From NCBI GenBank assembly GCA_017478245.1, contig JAFVDW010000009.1:970-64969 (forward strand): 64,000 bases of DNA, written 5' to 3'. The notes under the pieces are model-generated. The model did not search any database. It saw only the letters and a list, made by a program, of their open reading frames with translations, and was not told the origin of the DNA. This document shows, in pieces, positions 21,062 through 29,945 of this stretch; position 1 is the stretch's first letter, and every line of letters starts with the position of its first letter. The DNA comes from Lachnospiraceae bacterium. GTDB taxonomy: Bacteria > Bacillota > Clostridia > Lachnospirales > Lachnospiraceae. The position numbers and the translations under genes were made by a program.

Positions 21062-21439
21062 TTATGCGTAAATCAGTTCATGGTTTACGATTTCCCTTAC
21101 CCTGTCTTGGATATTGTTCATGTGCCGTACCCACGTCATTTGGTCTTGCGCTTTCAGCCTTTCGGTTACGCCCTCACGCTCCGCCATCTGTTTTACAAGC
21201 TGAGAAAACATTTCCTCCGCTTGCTCATCGATATCAGCAAGGTAGTCGGGCAACTCACCGCTGATGAGTAGACCCGTGTAGATCGCTTTCTTGGTCTGCC
21301 TGAGATAGTGCCCGTGTCGCTGCCCCCATATTCCAATGTGACGCTGTTCCTCCGGTTCGTCATCCCCGGCGATGAAGTAGTAGTCGCCAACCAATTCGTA
21401 TTTCAGCCCGGTTCTTTCGTCGATAATGTACTTTTCCAT
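21062..21439 (-). CDS. tnpV: TnpV family protein
   Basis: YELVGDYY, IGIWGQRH..YL, LADIDEQA, EGVTERLKA.DQM.WV..MNNI; GGAGG RBS. Confidence 0.88.
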   Translation of the reverse strand: MEKYIIDERTGLKYELVGDYYFIAGDDEPEEQRHIGIWGQRHGHYLRQTKKAIYTGLLISGELPDYLADIDEQAEEMFSQLVKQMAEREGVTERLKAQDQMTWVRHMNNIQDRVREIVNHELIYA

Positions 21440-21519
21440 AAGTAGTGTCCTCCAAAAATATTTTGCATTTTGATTTCACTACAATTCAGTATCATCCCGG
21501 CTTGTCTGTAACAATGCCA

Positions 21520-21548
21520 AAGGGCACTTCCTTATGTGAAGTGCCCTT
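21520..21548. terminator. REP-like hairpin B, likely the terminator of the two-component operon
   Basis: AAGGGCACTTC-CTTATGT-GAAGTGCCCTT perfect 11-bp stem. Confidence 0.7.
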
Positions 21549-21605
21549 CCGGAGCGTTTTTTCACTGGTTTATATTGCAAAACAGATAGGTTTTTTACTT
21601 TCATC

Positions 21606-22901
21606 CTAAAGAAGAGCTGTGAATGCAAGGGACTTCCCATCCTCACTGTTTGCCGTAATCTTGCCCTTATGCAATTCCACGATAGATTTTACAATAGAAA
21701 GTCCTATGCCAGAACCGCCCGTTTGGGAATTGCGGGAGGCATCCCGACGGTAAAAGCGCTCAAACAGAATATCGTGATTGCCCTTCTCAATCTCGTCCAC
21801 GGTATTCCAAACACTAAATTGGTATTTACGCCCTTTTCGCTTCAGAGTGACTTTGATGGTTCCTTTTTCCGAGGAATATTTCATGGCATTATCCACCAAA
21901 AGTGATACCATCTGTCGAATCAGGCGCTCATCGCCATGATAACGACACGGACTCTCCACCTGGAACTCCAACTTCTTTTCCTGAGACTGCGCAATGGGAG
22001 AAAAGAGTCCCGCCGTCTCTTCCACCGCGTCCGACAGAGAGAAATCCGCAAACTCCGCAGTCTGACTGCCCTCGTCCATTCGGGAAAGCGCCACCATCTG
22101 CTCCGTCAGGGACGTAAGCCGCTCTACCTGATGATGAATACTCTGGGTATAGTTATTCTCTCCATCCAGCTCCAGAATCTCTACGTTGGCAGAGATGATA
22201 GCAAGCGGTGTCTTCAGCTCATGGCTGGCATCTGTAATAAAACGCTTCTGCTTCTCATAGCTGTCCGCTATAGGTGCAAATACCCGCTTAGACAAGATTA
22301 CTACCAAAATAAATACCGCCAGAACTCCCAACACAGACACGGATACGCTTGTGACTGCCGTAGTCTTAAAAGAACTTAGCTCTCGATTCCGATCCACAAA
22401 AATGATAGTGCGTCCATTCTCTTTCATCACTGCCAGATAACGGTAATGATTGTAGAAGCCCTTCGTCTTACCGCTCTCCCACACTTTTCTTGCATACTGT
22501 GCGGCTTCTTCCGTCTCCAATGCAGCAACACGCCCGGTATCTACAGTGAGCACCTCTCCGCTTTCATCCATCTGCACCGAAAAAAATCTAGTCTCATAAG
22601 GGGTTTCCGCAGACAGCCCATCCGCCCCACCAAACACATCCCGGAATTCTACAGACATAGGCGGCTTGGGACCTACCATCTCCGGACGTTCTTTCTTCTC
22701 CGGCTTCTCCGGTCTGCCACCGAATACATCTTCCGGAAAGGCAGCATCATTCTCCGCCAGCATGCTCAGGATGGCGTCCGCTTTCCGTACTACATTCCGA
22801 TAACTGACAATATTTAAAATGCCAATAATAATCACCAACACTGCCAAAGTGGAGCACATGGTGACAATTATAAAATTTTTCCGCAGTTTTTTTATCATCA
22901 C
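21606..22901 (-). CDS. Sensor histidine kinase (HisKA plus HATPase)
   Basis: DASHELKTPL H-box, LVDNAMKY N-box, FERFYR, GSGIGLSI G2; two TM helices. Confidence 0.93.
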   Translation of the reverse strand: MMIKKLRKNFIIVTMCSTLAVLVIIIGILNIVSYRNVVRKADAILSMLAENDAAFPEDVFGGRPEKPEKKERPEMVGPKPPMSVEFRDVFGGADGLSAETPYETRFFSVQMDESGEVLTVDTGRVAALETEEAAQYARKVWESGKTKGFYNHYRYLAVMKENGRTIIFVDRNRELSSFKTTAVTSVSVSVLGVLAVFILVVILSKRVFAPIADSYEKQKRFITDASHELKTPLAIISANVEILELDGENNYTQSIHHQVERLTSLTEQMVALSRMDEGSQTAEFADFSLSDAVEETAGLFSPIAQSQEKKLEFQVESPCRYHGDERLIRQMVSLLVDNAMKYSSEKGTIKVTLKRKGRKYQFSVWNTVDEIEKGNHDILFERFYRRDASRNSQTGGSGIGLSIVKSIVELHKGKITANSEDGKSLAFTALL

Positions 22902-23576
22902 TTATATCTCCTGTAAAGTATATCCCTGATTGCGGATTGCTTTAATCTGCACATTTGCATCCAGACTGGTCAGCTTCTTGCGCAGATAGGACACATAGAC
23001 CCACACAACGTTGACCTCGGTCTCACTGTCCAATCCCCACACCTTTTCCATAAAGCGCTCTGTGGAAATCACCTGCCCCGGATTGCTCATCAGCATCTCC
23101 AACATCTGGAATTCCTTGTTGGCAAGGCGCATATTGCCCTTGTCCGTAGACAACTCAAAGGTACCTCTTTCCAATGTGATATTGCCAAAGCGCAATGTAT
23201 TATCCGGGGCAGAGGCGGTCTGCCTGCGGGTCATGGCACGAATTCTGGCAAACAGCTCTTTCATGGCAAAGGGCTTACCCAGATAATCATCTGCCCCACT
23301 ATCCTAGCCAAGCACCCTGTCATCTACACCGGTCTTGGCTGTCAGGATCAACACCGGCACAGAATTGCCCTGTTCTCTAAGCCTTTTCAGCACCGATATA
23401 CCGTCTAACCTGGGCATCATCACATCCAGAATCACACCATCATATTCCTGCAGCTCCAGATAGTCCAATGCCTCCTGTCCATCGTAGACTGCATCCACCG
23501 AGTAATTATTATGCTTTAAGAGCGTTACCAACGCATCTGATAATTCCTTTTCATCCTCTGCCAATAATAAACGCAT
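22902..23576 (-). pseudogene. OmpR family response regulator with an in-frame TAG at 23304-23306
   Basis: MRLLLAEDE...LDVMMP...LTAK...RVLG*DSGADDYLGKPFAMKEL...RNQGY: both ORF-track pieces are in one frame, and the stop replaces the usual Leu of 'GLDSGADDY'. Confidence 0.88.
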
Positions 23577-23830
23577 ACCGCTCTCCCTCTTAATCAAAAT
23601 GACTGTTTTCTTTCATTATGAATCAAATTTCATGAATATGTCAATAGCACTTGCCAACTCAAACTGCTCAGATCAGCTATGTGGAATATTTTTTAATGCA
23701 CAGAAACACAAAATATACTATAATAATTTTATAGTCAAATACCCCGCGGCAGGCTACAGGGCATACCAAAGCTTGTACTTAGTTTGTTCGCATTGCTTAC
23801 GGGAATAAAAATATGCAAGGAGACCTATTT

Positions 23831-24715
23831 ATGAAAATTTTAAAGTATGGTAAGGCTATCTGTTATTCGGGCTATCGGGAGGGACAGAGTCCCAAGACAG
23901 CAATCCCCTCCAAGGAGCAGATCGCAGAGGATCTGGAGATTTTGGTGAAGGATGGTTATCAATACATCCGTATGTACGATCCCAACGACCACGCCAGAAG
24001 AGTACTGGAGACCATTCGCGAGAAACAGCTTCCGATCAAATGTCTAATAGGTGTAGATTCTGATGCGGAGGTAAACAATCCGGGCTGTCCCTGGATTGAT
24101 CACAATATCCCCGAAGAGGTACTTGCCCAGAATAAGGTGCGCAATGACGGTGAAGTGGAAAAACTGATTGAGATGGCAAAGGAGTTTGACGAGGAAATCA
24201 TTGCGGTATCCATCGGCAATGAGAACACACCTTCCTGGGGTGCCCATATGGTTCCGGTAGAGCGCCTAATTCGTCACGTCAAGAGACTGCGGGAAGCCTT
24301 GGACAAGCCCATCACCTTCTGTGAAGGCGCTTTAGACTGGCCTGCCATCGTAGAATTGGGGAATCTGCTTGACTTTATCAGTGTTCACAGCTATCCTTAT
24401 CACTATGGCAGCGAATTAGCCGACGCAGTTGCTGTCAACAAGAAAAATCTGGCAGATGTGCAAGCATTGTTCCCGGATAAACAGGTTATTTTTACGGAGC
24501 TGGGATGGAGCACCAATGATGATTTTTCAGAAGAGCCCAAACGCTCCTCGCGAGAAAATCAGAAAACATACTTTGACGAACTGCTTCCCTGGTTGGAGGA
24601 GGAGCAGATCATTGCTTTCTTATTTGAAGCCTTCGATGAACCCTGGAAAGGCGATTCCCCCGATAAATCCGAGTGTAACTGGGGACTGTATGATGTACAT
24701 CGTCAAAAAAAATAG
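23831..24715 (+). CDS. GH17-like beta-1,3-glucanase/transglucosylase, no signal peptide
   Basis: ICYSGYR, AVSIGNE (acid/base), FTELGWST (nucleophile), FEAFDEPWK, ECNWGLY. Confidence 0.8.
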   Translation: MKILKYGKAICYSGYREGQSPKTAIPSKEQIAEDLEILVKDGYQYIRMYDPNDHARRVLETIREKQLPIKCLIGVDSDAEVNNPGCPWIDHNIPEEVLAQNKVRNDGEVEKLIEMAKEFDEEIIAVSIGNENTPSWGAHMVPVERLIRHVKRLREALDKPITFCEGALDWPAIVELGNLLDFISVHSYPYHYGSELADAVAVNKKNLADVQALFPDKQVIFTELGWSTNDDFSEEPKRSSRENQKTYFDELLPWLEEEQIIAFLFEAFDEPWKGDSPDKSECNWGLYDVHRQKK

Positions 24716-24720
24716 ATACA

Positions 24721-24759
24721 AACTGGCTAATTCAGATACCAAATCTGAATTAGCCAGTT
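24721..24759. terminator. Hairpin between convergent GH17 and GH55-like genes
   Basis: Perfect 17-bp stem AACTGGCTAATTCAGAT/ATCTGAATTAGCCAGTT. Confidence 0.8.
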
Positions 24760-24774
24760 CCATTTTTCCTTCAT

Positions 24775-27753
24775 TTATCTGCTACTGCTGCTGGAGGGTA
24801 TCCTGTAAACATGTTCCCTTCCCATAAGATAAGCATCCTCCCCGTTGGACACGATGGAATACGCATCTCTAGGCACAGGGCGTCTCTCCACAAGCGCTCC
24901 ATCCCGGAATCCATACAGACAGTCATCCACTGCCCAGATGATACCCTCTGCATCCCTCATGACGCCATACTGTCCCTTGTTGCCTACTTTCTGTCCATGA
25001 GCAAAATTGCCTCCCTCGGTCACCTCGTAACAATAAACACTCCTTAAGGCATCGTCTGTAATCAGAAATTCTTCCCCCTCTACCGCTGCATCTAAGCGCA
25101 GCGTCCGTGCCAAATCAATGGTTGCCTGCAGGGCAGTCTTTCCGTCCGGTGCCATATAGTACGCCTCGACCTTCTGCACTGCCTGCACCTGAAACACCCC
25201 CGGATAATCCATCTGTGCAGGGCGGAAAATCACTTCCGGTCTGCACGCCGATGCAGATATGGCAGATAACTCCACCATGGTATCGTAGGGATTCTCCAGC
25301 GATATCGCATACACCTTCTCGCTTCTCTTATAAAACCATGAGAAGAAAGGATGGAAATTGCGAAAATCATGGGACTGAAAGGGCTGTCCGGGAACCGTCT
25401 TCTTCAGCTCCGAATAATCTGCTGCCACCAACAGATTCCCCGCCGTATCCACCGCCAATGCGGAGGGCATAAAGTGACAGTCAAAGAATGGCAATACAAT
25501 ATCTTGCTCTTTCACATACTGATAAATCCGCTTCTGGGATTTGTCGCACCAGTAAAGGTTACCCTTACTGTCAAATGCTGCTCCCTGCGCAAAATCAAAA
25601 CCGGATGCTAATACCTCATAGCCTTCTATATATTCCGGTTTTTTCGCAGAGACACAGCCACCTCCTATGGTCAGCTTAGCGTATTCCGGCGACTTGGCAT
25701 AGAAGCCACTGGTAGCATCCTCTGCTGTCACCGTAAACAAATAGTGCATCTGCGCCTTATTCTGCACGTTCAGGAAGGTTATATCTCTGCTGTTCCACAC
25801 ACGAATACCTGTTTCATAGCTGCGATCCACCGCTATCACACGGAACAGAAAATAATTAGCAAACGTAATATGCTCGCAGGAAATCAATTCCATGGGCAGA
25901 CAATTTAGTCCTTCCGCCTTCTCTTCTTCCGTCTGTATAGCATAAAACACCCAGTTTGCCACATTTACAAGCTTCATCTCACTGCGCACATGATGCTCCA
26001 GAGAGATGGCATACATACGTCCTTTTGTACGGGTATTGGTAATAGTGATTCCCGTCTCCGCGTAGGGGGAAGCACTCCACACATCCTTGAACACGCCACC
26101 GCCGCCATCGGTAATCCACAGACTGGCATACTGAAAATCCCAGATACGATCCGGGTCATAATCTGCGGTACGGCTGGGATTATACAGGTATCCATAAGCA
26201 TTTCTGCCATCACGAAGCATATTGCCATGCCCCCCCAGGAACTTCACATCGTTCATGTAAGAGGTCTCCCCAGCCATCCATTTCACGCCTACCGCTCGCG
26301 GATTCTTACCGGCGGTCTCAATGCCGATACCATTGATGCAGACAAAACCACCTTTTGCCGTCTCCACCACTGCCTTGGGGGTGCCGAATCCAAAGAATGC
26401 CGGCGTGTCATCCGTAAGCGCGATCTGAGTAGTGATGGGACTAAAGCCATACAGGCTCACACCCTCCGGTAGCACAATCGTATCGGATACCCGATAGATA
26501 CCCTGGGGAAAATACAACGCTTTCTGTTCTCCTGTGATGCGCATCTTCTCTGACACATCCAAGAATGCCTGCTTCAGTGCCATGGTATCGTCTGTCTCGC
26601 CGTCACCCACTGCACCGTATGCCTTCACAGACACCCACTGACTCATAGGCAATAGCGCCGGAATGTCACTTGCTGCCATCTCTCCCGGTCTGTCAAGCTC
26701 CCGCACAGACAAAATCTCCTGCATAGAAGCGTCCTGTTCCTCACTGTACACATACCCTCTGGTGTACTCCTCCACCTCATAATAAGCTTCCTCTCTGCGC
26801 ACATACTCGTCCACATCCGCGCGATGTATGAGTGTAGGCACATTGGCACAGCGAAGCCTTTTGATATTGGTCTGCTGAATCACATTGTCCGATTGATAAC
26901 TTGTGATTGCAGCGTCGGTGATATTCTCAAAAACACAATCCTCCAGATACAGCTTCTCCCAACTGCCTGTCAAATAGATATCAAAAGCATGCTTTGTATT
27001 GGCAATCCGCAGCCGAAAGGCTGTAAAGCCTGTGGTGGCACTTAAGACAGCCGCTTCCTTTTGTCCATCAAACACACAGTCCAACAGTGCAAAGGGCCAA
27101 CCCGGAGAACACATCCTACAGACAATACCATATTGTCCACCTTCAAAGGTCAAATCCTCCATCTCATTGCCCACATCAAAGATGCCTGCCAATCCATCCC
27201 CCAACTCAAAATGACAATGACTGATAAAACCATGCTGCGCAAAATGCGCCCGAATACAAATAGCTCCCGGATTGTTATTTTCTATGCGAAAATCAATGTT
27301 ACTGATGGCATCATAAAAAGTACCCGCATTGGCATCCATGGGCTCATCCGCATCCATATTCCGATCTCCAATGAACCAGAACAGATACTTTGCCCCAGGA
27401 TAGCCATCCATGTACAGATTTCGAATCTCATCCCCCCTGATTGTATTACGGTCAATTCTCCGCTCAAAGCCTTTGGTACCCGCAGGCAGCACAAATACCG
27501 GTCTTGTTGCACCGTATCCAATCAGACGCACAGAAGGCGGAATCAGCACAGTATTCTTCAGACGATACTCTCCCTCCGGAATGTAGAGAATTCCATATTT
27601 CTGCTCCTCCACAAGGTGTTTCAAAGCATCCTGCAGCACCTTGCTCACATCCTCTGCTGCATTCTTTAATTCCGGGAACTCCTCCTCTGTGAAGAAAATT
27701 CCCATTTCATCCTGAAATCGATCCTGATAGACCGATGTTTTGCCATGCCACAT
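24775..27753 (-). CDS. GH55-like double beta-helix glycoside hydrolase fused to an SMP-30/gluconolactonase-like beta-propeller
   Basis: Two Pectate_lyase_3-type repeats (LYIPEGEYRL; VKAYGAVGDGETDDT..LYFPQGIYRV); SLEHH...IQTE matches the remembered GH55 catalytic-region pattern; C-terminal GAAFDSKGNLYWCD propeller blades. Confidence 0.7.
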   Translation of the reverse strand: MWHGKTSVYQDRFQDEMGIFFTEEEFPELKNAAEDVSKVLQDALKHLVEEQKYGILYIPEGEYRLKNTVLIPPSVRLIGYGATRPVFVLPAGTKGFERRIDRNTIRGDEIRNLYMDGYPGAKYLFWFIGDRNMDADEPMDANAGTFYDAISNIDFRIENNNPGAICIRAHFAQHGFISHCHFELGDGLAGIFDVGNEMEDLTFEGGQYGIVCRMCSPGWPFALLDCVFDGQKEAAVLSATTGFTAFRLRIANTKHAFDIYLTGSWEKLYLEDCVFENITDAAITSYQSDNVIQQTNIKRLRCANVPTLIHRADVDEYVRREEAYYEVEEYTRGYVYSEEQDASMQEILSVRELDRPGEMAASDIPALLPMSQWVSVKAYGAVGDGETDDTMALKQAFLDVSEKMRITGEQKALYFPQGIYRVSDTIVLPEGVSLYGFSPITTQIALTDDTPAFFGFGTPKAVVETAKGGFVCINGIGIETAGKNPRAVGVKWMAGETSYMNDVKFLGGHGNMLRDGRNAYGYLYNPSRTADYDPDRIWDFQYASLWITDGGGGVFKDVWSASPYAETGITITNTRTKGRMYAISLEHHVRSEMKLVNVANWVFYAIQTEEEKAEGLNCLPMELISCEHITFANYFLFRVIAVDRSYETGIRVWNSRDITFLNVQNKAQMHYLFTVTAEDATSGFYAKSPEYAKLTIGGGCVSAKKPEYIEGYEVLASGFDFAQGAAFDSKGNLYWCDKSQKRIYQYVKEQDIVLPFFDCHFMPSALAVDTAGNLLVAADYSELKKTVPGQPFQSHDFRNFHPFFSWFYKRSEKVYAISLENPYDTMVELSAISASACRPEVIFRPAQMDYPGVFQVQAVQKVEAYYMAPDGKTALQATIDLARTLRLDAAVEGEEFLITDDALRSVYCYEVTEGGNFAHGQKVGNKGQYGVMRDAEGIIWAVDDCLYGFRDGALVERRPVPRDAYSIVSNGEDAYLMGREHVYRIPSSSSSR

Positions 27754-27806
27754 AACCTCGCTCCACTCCTTTTACCAGTTCTATTATCAGTTTCATAAAC
27801 ACCTTA

Positions 27807-29807
27807 TTAAAAGTCCACTGAGGGCTGTAGTACATTATGTATAATCTCCAACAGCGTTTGGGACAGATATGGCTTGATTAAATAATCCTTTGTGCCCAAC
27901 TCTGCCGCTTTTTTCACAATATCAATTTCTTTCTCAGATGTGGCAAAAATAATCGGGGTATTCCCATAATCCTGGATGGCTTTTATCACACGATAGCCAT
28001 CCATACCTGTAGCGTCCATATCCACCAGTACCAAATCAATGTCCTGCTCTAAAAGAATGTGCTTACAAGCCTCCACGGTCTTAGCCTTGTGCACCACATA
28101 ATGGGACTGAGTGGCAATAATTTCTTCTGCTGTATTCAAATCCTCGTCATTGTCGTCGACCAGCAATATGTTCTTTTGCTCTGAACGGAATTGCCGCAAC
28201 TGATACTCCTGGTCCTCATCAATCATCTGAATCATAATATCCGCAATCCTTGGATCGAACTGCTTACCCATACCCGCCAATATCTCACTGCGCACTGCAT
28301 TTTGCGGCAATGCACTGCGGTAGCTTCGGTTGGAGGTCATGGCATCATAGCTGTCCGCAACGCAGACAATCCGGGCTGCAAGCGGAATATTCTCCCCTGT
28401 CAATCCATCCGGATAGCCCTTTCCATCATAGCGTTCATGATGCCATCTGGCTACACTTGCCACATCAAAGGTATTAGATACATTTTTCAAAATGTAATAT
28501 CCCGACACTGTGTGCAGCTTAATATTTTCATACTCATCTGCCGTAAGCTTTCCATCTTTATTGATGATAAAATCGGGCACACGAATTTTCCCCACATCGT
28601 GTAGTAAGCCCGCATAGTAAATTTCCCGCTGCTCTTCCTCGCTCATTCCCATTCTTCTGGCAATCTCTCTGGCATAGTCTGCTACTCTCATGGAATGACC
28701 TTTTGTATATCGATCCTTTGCCTCCACCGCACTGCTCAAGGCATTGATCACCTGGAAATAGAACTGCTCCATCTCCTCCTGCATCCTGCGCACTTCGGTG
28801 GTCTTTTCATCCACTTCCTCCACCAAAGTCTGGGCATAATAGTACGAAACAGTCACGTCGTTCAACACAAAGACTTGTCCATGGGGAAGGGCGGAATGAT
28901 GCACTTCCTGCCCACTGATCGTGTATACTTTATTCTTATAAAATTTATATTTTCCGGCTCCCGCATAATGAACTACATCTGCTACCGCCTCATACGCTTC
29001 ATTTGTCATAAGCTGCGGATAAATGTCTTTCGCAATACGATTGGCATAGAGTAACTGATCGTTCTCTCCTAGTATAACCACGCCAGTACCAATCTCATCC
29101 AGCACCTGATCCTTTGCCACGCTCAAAGTATCCACTAAATTATAACGAATGGTTATTCGCATCAGGAAAATAACAGATACACAGTTGAAAAGTGCCGTGA
29201 TATCATATCCCCTTGTAACACCTGTCAAAAACGCCGTAAAACCTACCATCTGCATCACTATGACTGCGAGGAAATAGGGGATTTGTTTACGCCGGATCGT
29301 ATCTGCCGTTTTGCAATAGCCATAAGTACACATTCCCACACCGGCGAGCAGACAAAGAAATAAATAAGCGGAATACAAATAGTATACAGGACCATGCCCC
29401 AACAGAAGATGCGGAAATTGTCCCTCATAGGTAAACCCAATACTACTGTAATATAAAGTGTGATGCTCGCAGGTTCCTACCATAATCAATGTAGCTGTAG
29501 CAATAAAAAACATGACTGCTTTCAACCATTTGGGAAATTTTACCCTCGTCAAATGACCCATGACAAGCATCATGGTATATAACAAATACACCTTTCCCAA
29601 ATATGCAATTTTCACACCTGTAAGGGCTACCTGTTGGGTTTTGGCATCCAATTCAATCAAATAACCATATGCACTGATACCTACAAAAACCGTGTACAGC
29701 AAGATGAGCGCCTGATGTTTCATAGAGATACGCCTATACAGAATCATAACCTGTATGAATACCAGTGCCAGACCTATGATCTGAATACTAAAATATACCG
29801 CATGCAA
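27807..29807 (-). CDS. 7TM sensor - HD-GYP phosphodiesterase - C-terminal receiver
   Basis: About 7 N-terminal TM helices; HSMRV, LLHDVGK, HHERYDGKGYP, VADSYDAM; REC domain LLVDD...LVDM...KP. Confidence 0.9.
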   Translation of the reverse strand: MHAVYFSIQIIGLALVFIQVMILYRRISMKHQALILLYTVFVGISAYGYLIELDAKTQQVALTGVKIAYLGKVYLLYTMMLVMGHLTRVKFPKWLKAVMFFIATATLIMVGTCEHHTLYYSSIGFTYEGQFPHLLLGHGPVYYLYSAYLFLCLLAGVGMCTYGYCKTADTIRRKQIPYFLAVIVMQMVGFTAFLTGVTRGYDITALFNCVSVIFLMRITIRYNLVDTLSVAKDQVLDEIGTGVVILGENDQLLYANRIAKDIYPQLMTNEAYEAVADVVHYAGAGKYKFYKNKVYTISGQEVHHSALPHGQVFVLNDVTVSYYYAQTLVEEVDEKTTEVRRMQEEMEQFYFQVINALSSAVEAKDRYTKGHSMRVADYAREIARRMGMSEEEQREIYYAGLLHDVGKIRVPDFIINKDGKLTADEYENIKLHTVSGYYILKNVSNTFDVASVARWHHERYDGKGYPDGLTGENIPLAARIVCVADSYDAMTSNRSYRSALPQNAVRSEILAGMGKQFDPRIADIMIQMIDEDQEYQLRQFRSEQKNILLVDDNDEDLNTAEEIIATQSHYVVHKAKTVEACKHILLEQDIDLVLVDMDATGMDGYRVIKAIQDYGNTPIIFATSEKEIDIVKKAAELGTKDYLIKPYLSQTLLEIIHNVLQPSVDF

Positions 29808-29840
29808 TTTGAATCAACTCCATCTAAAAACGTTACTTTC

Positions 29841-29869
29841 ATTATATCTTATAACCCCGATGGACACAA
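29841..29869 (-). promoter_or_regulatory. sigma-A promoter of HD-GYP (and probably GH55-like) unit
   Basis: TTGTGT-N17-TATAAT. Confidence 0.55.
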
Positions 29870-29881
29870 TGTTTTCCATGC

Positions 29882-29917
29882 AAAAAGGCGGATACTTTTT
29901 CAAGCATCCACCTTTTT
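29882..29917 (-). terminator. Terminator after first GH16 gene
   Basis: AAAAAGGCGGAT...ATCCACCTTTTT stem with T tails. Confidence 0.65.
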
Positions 29918-29945
29918 AGGGATTGTATAGTTAGACGAAAAACCC

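Noticed and set aside
23745-23805. c-di-GMP-I riboswitch look-alike (ACAGGGCATACC) upstream of GH17
   Set aside because: The second stem and the conserved GGGACGCAAA/GNRA elements are missing; only a short 5' resemblance remains.
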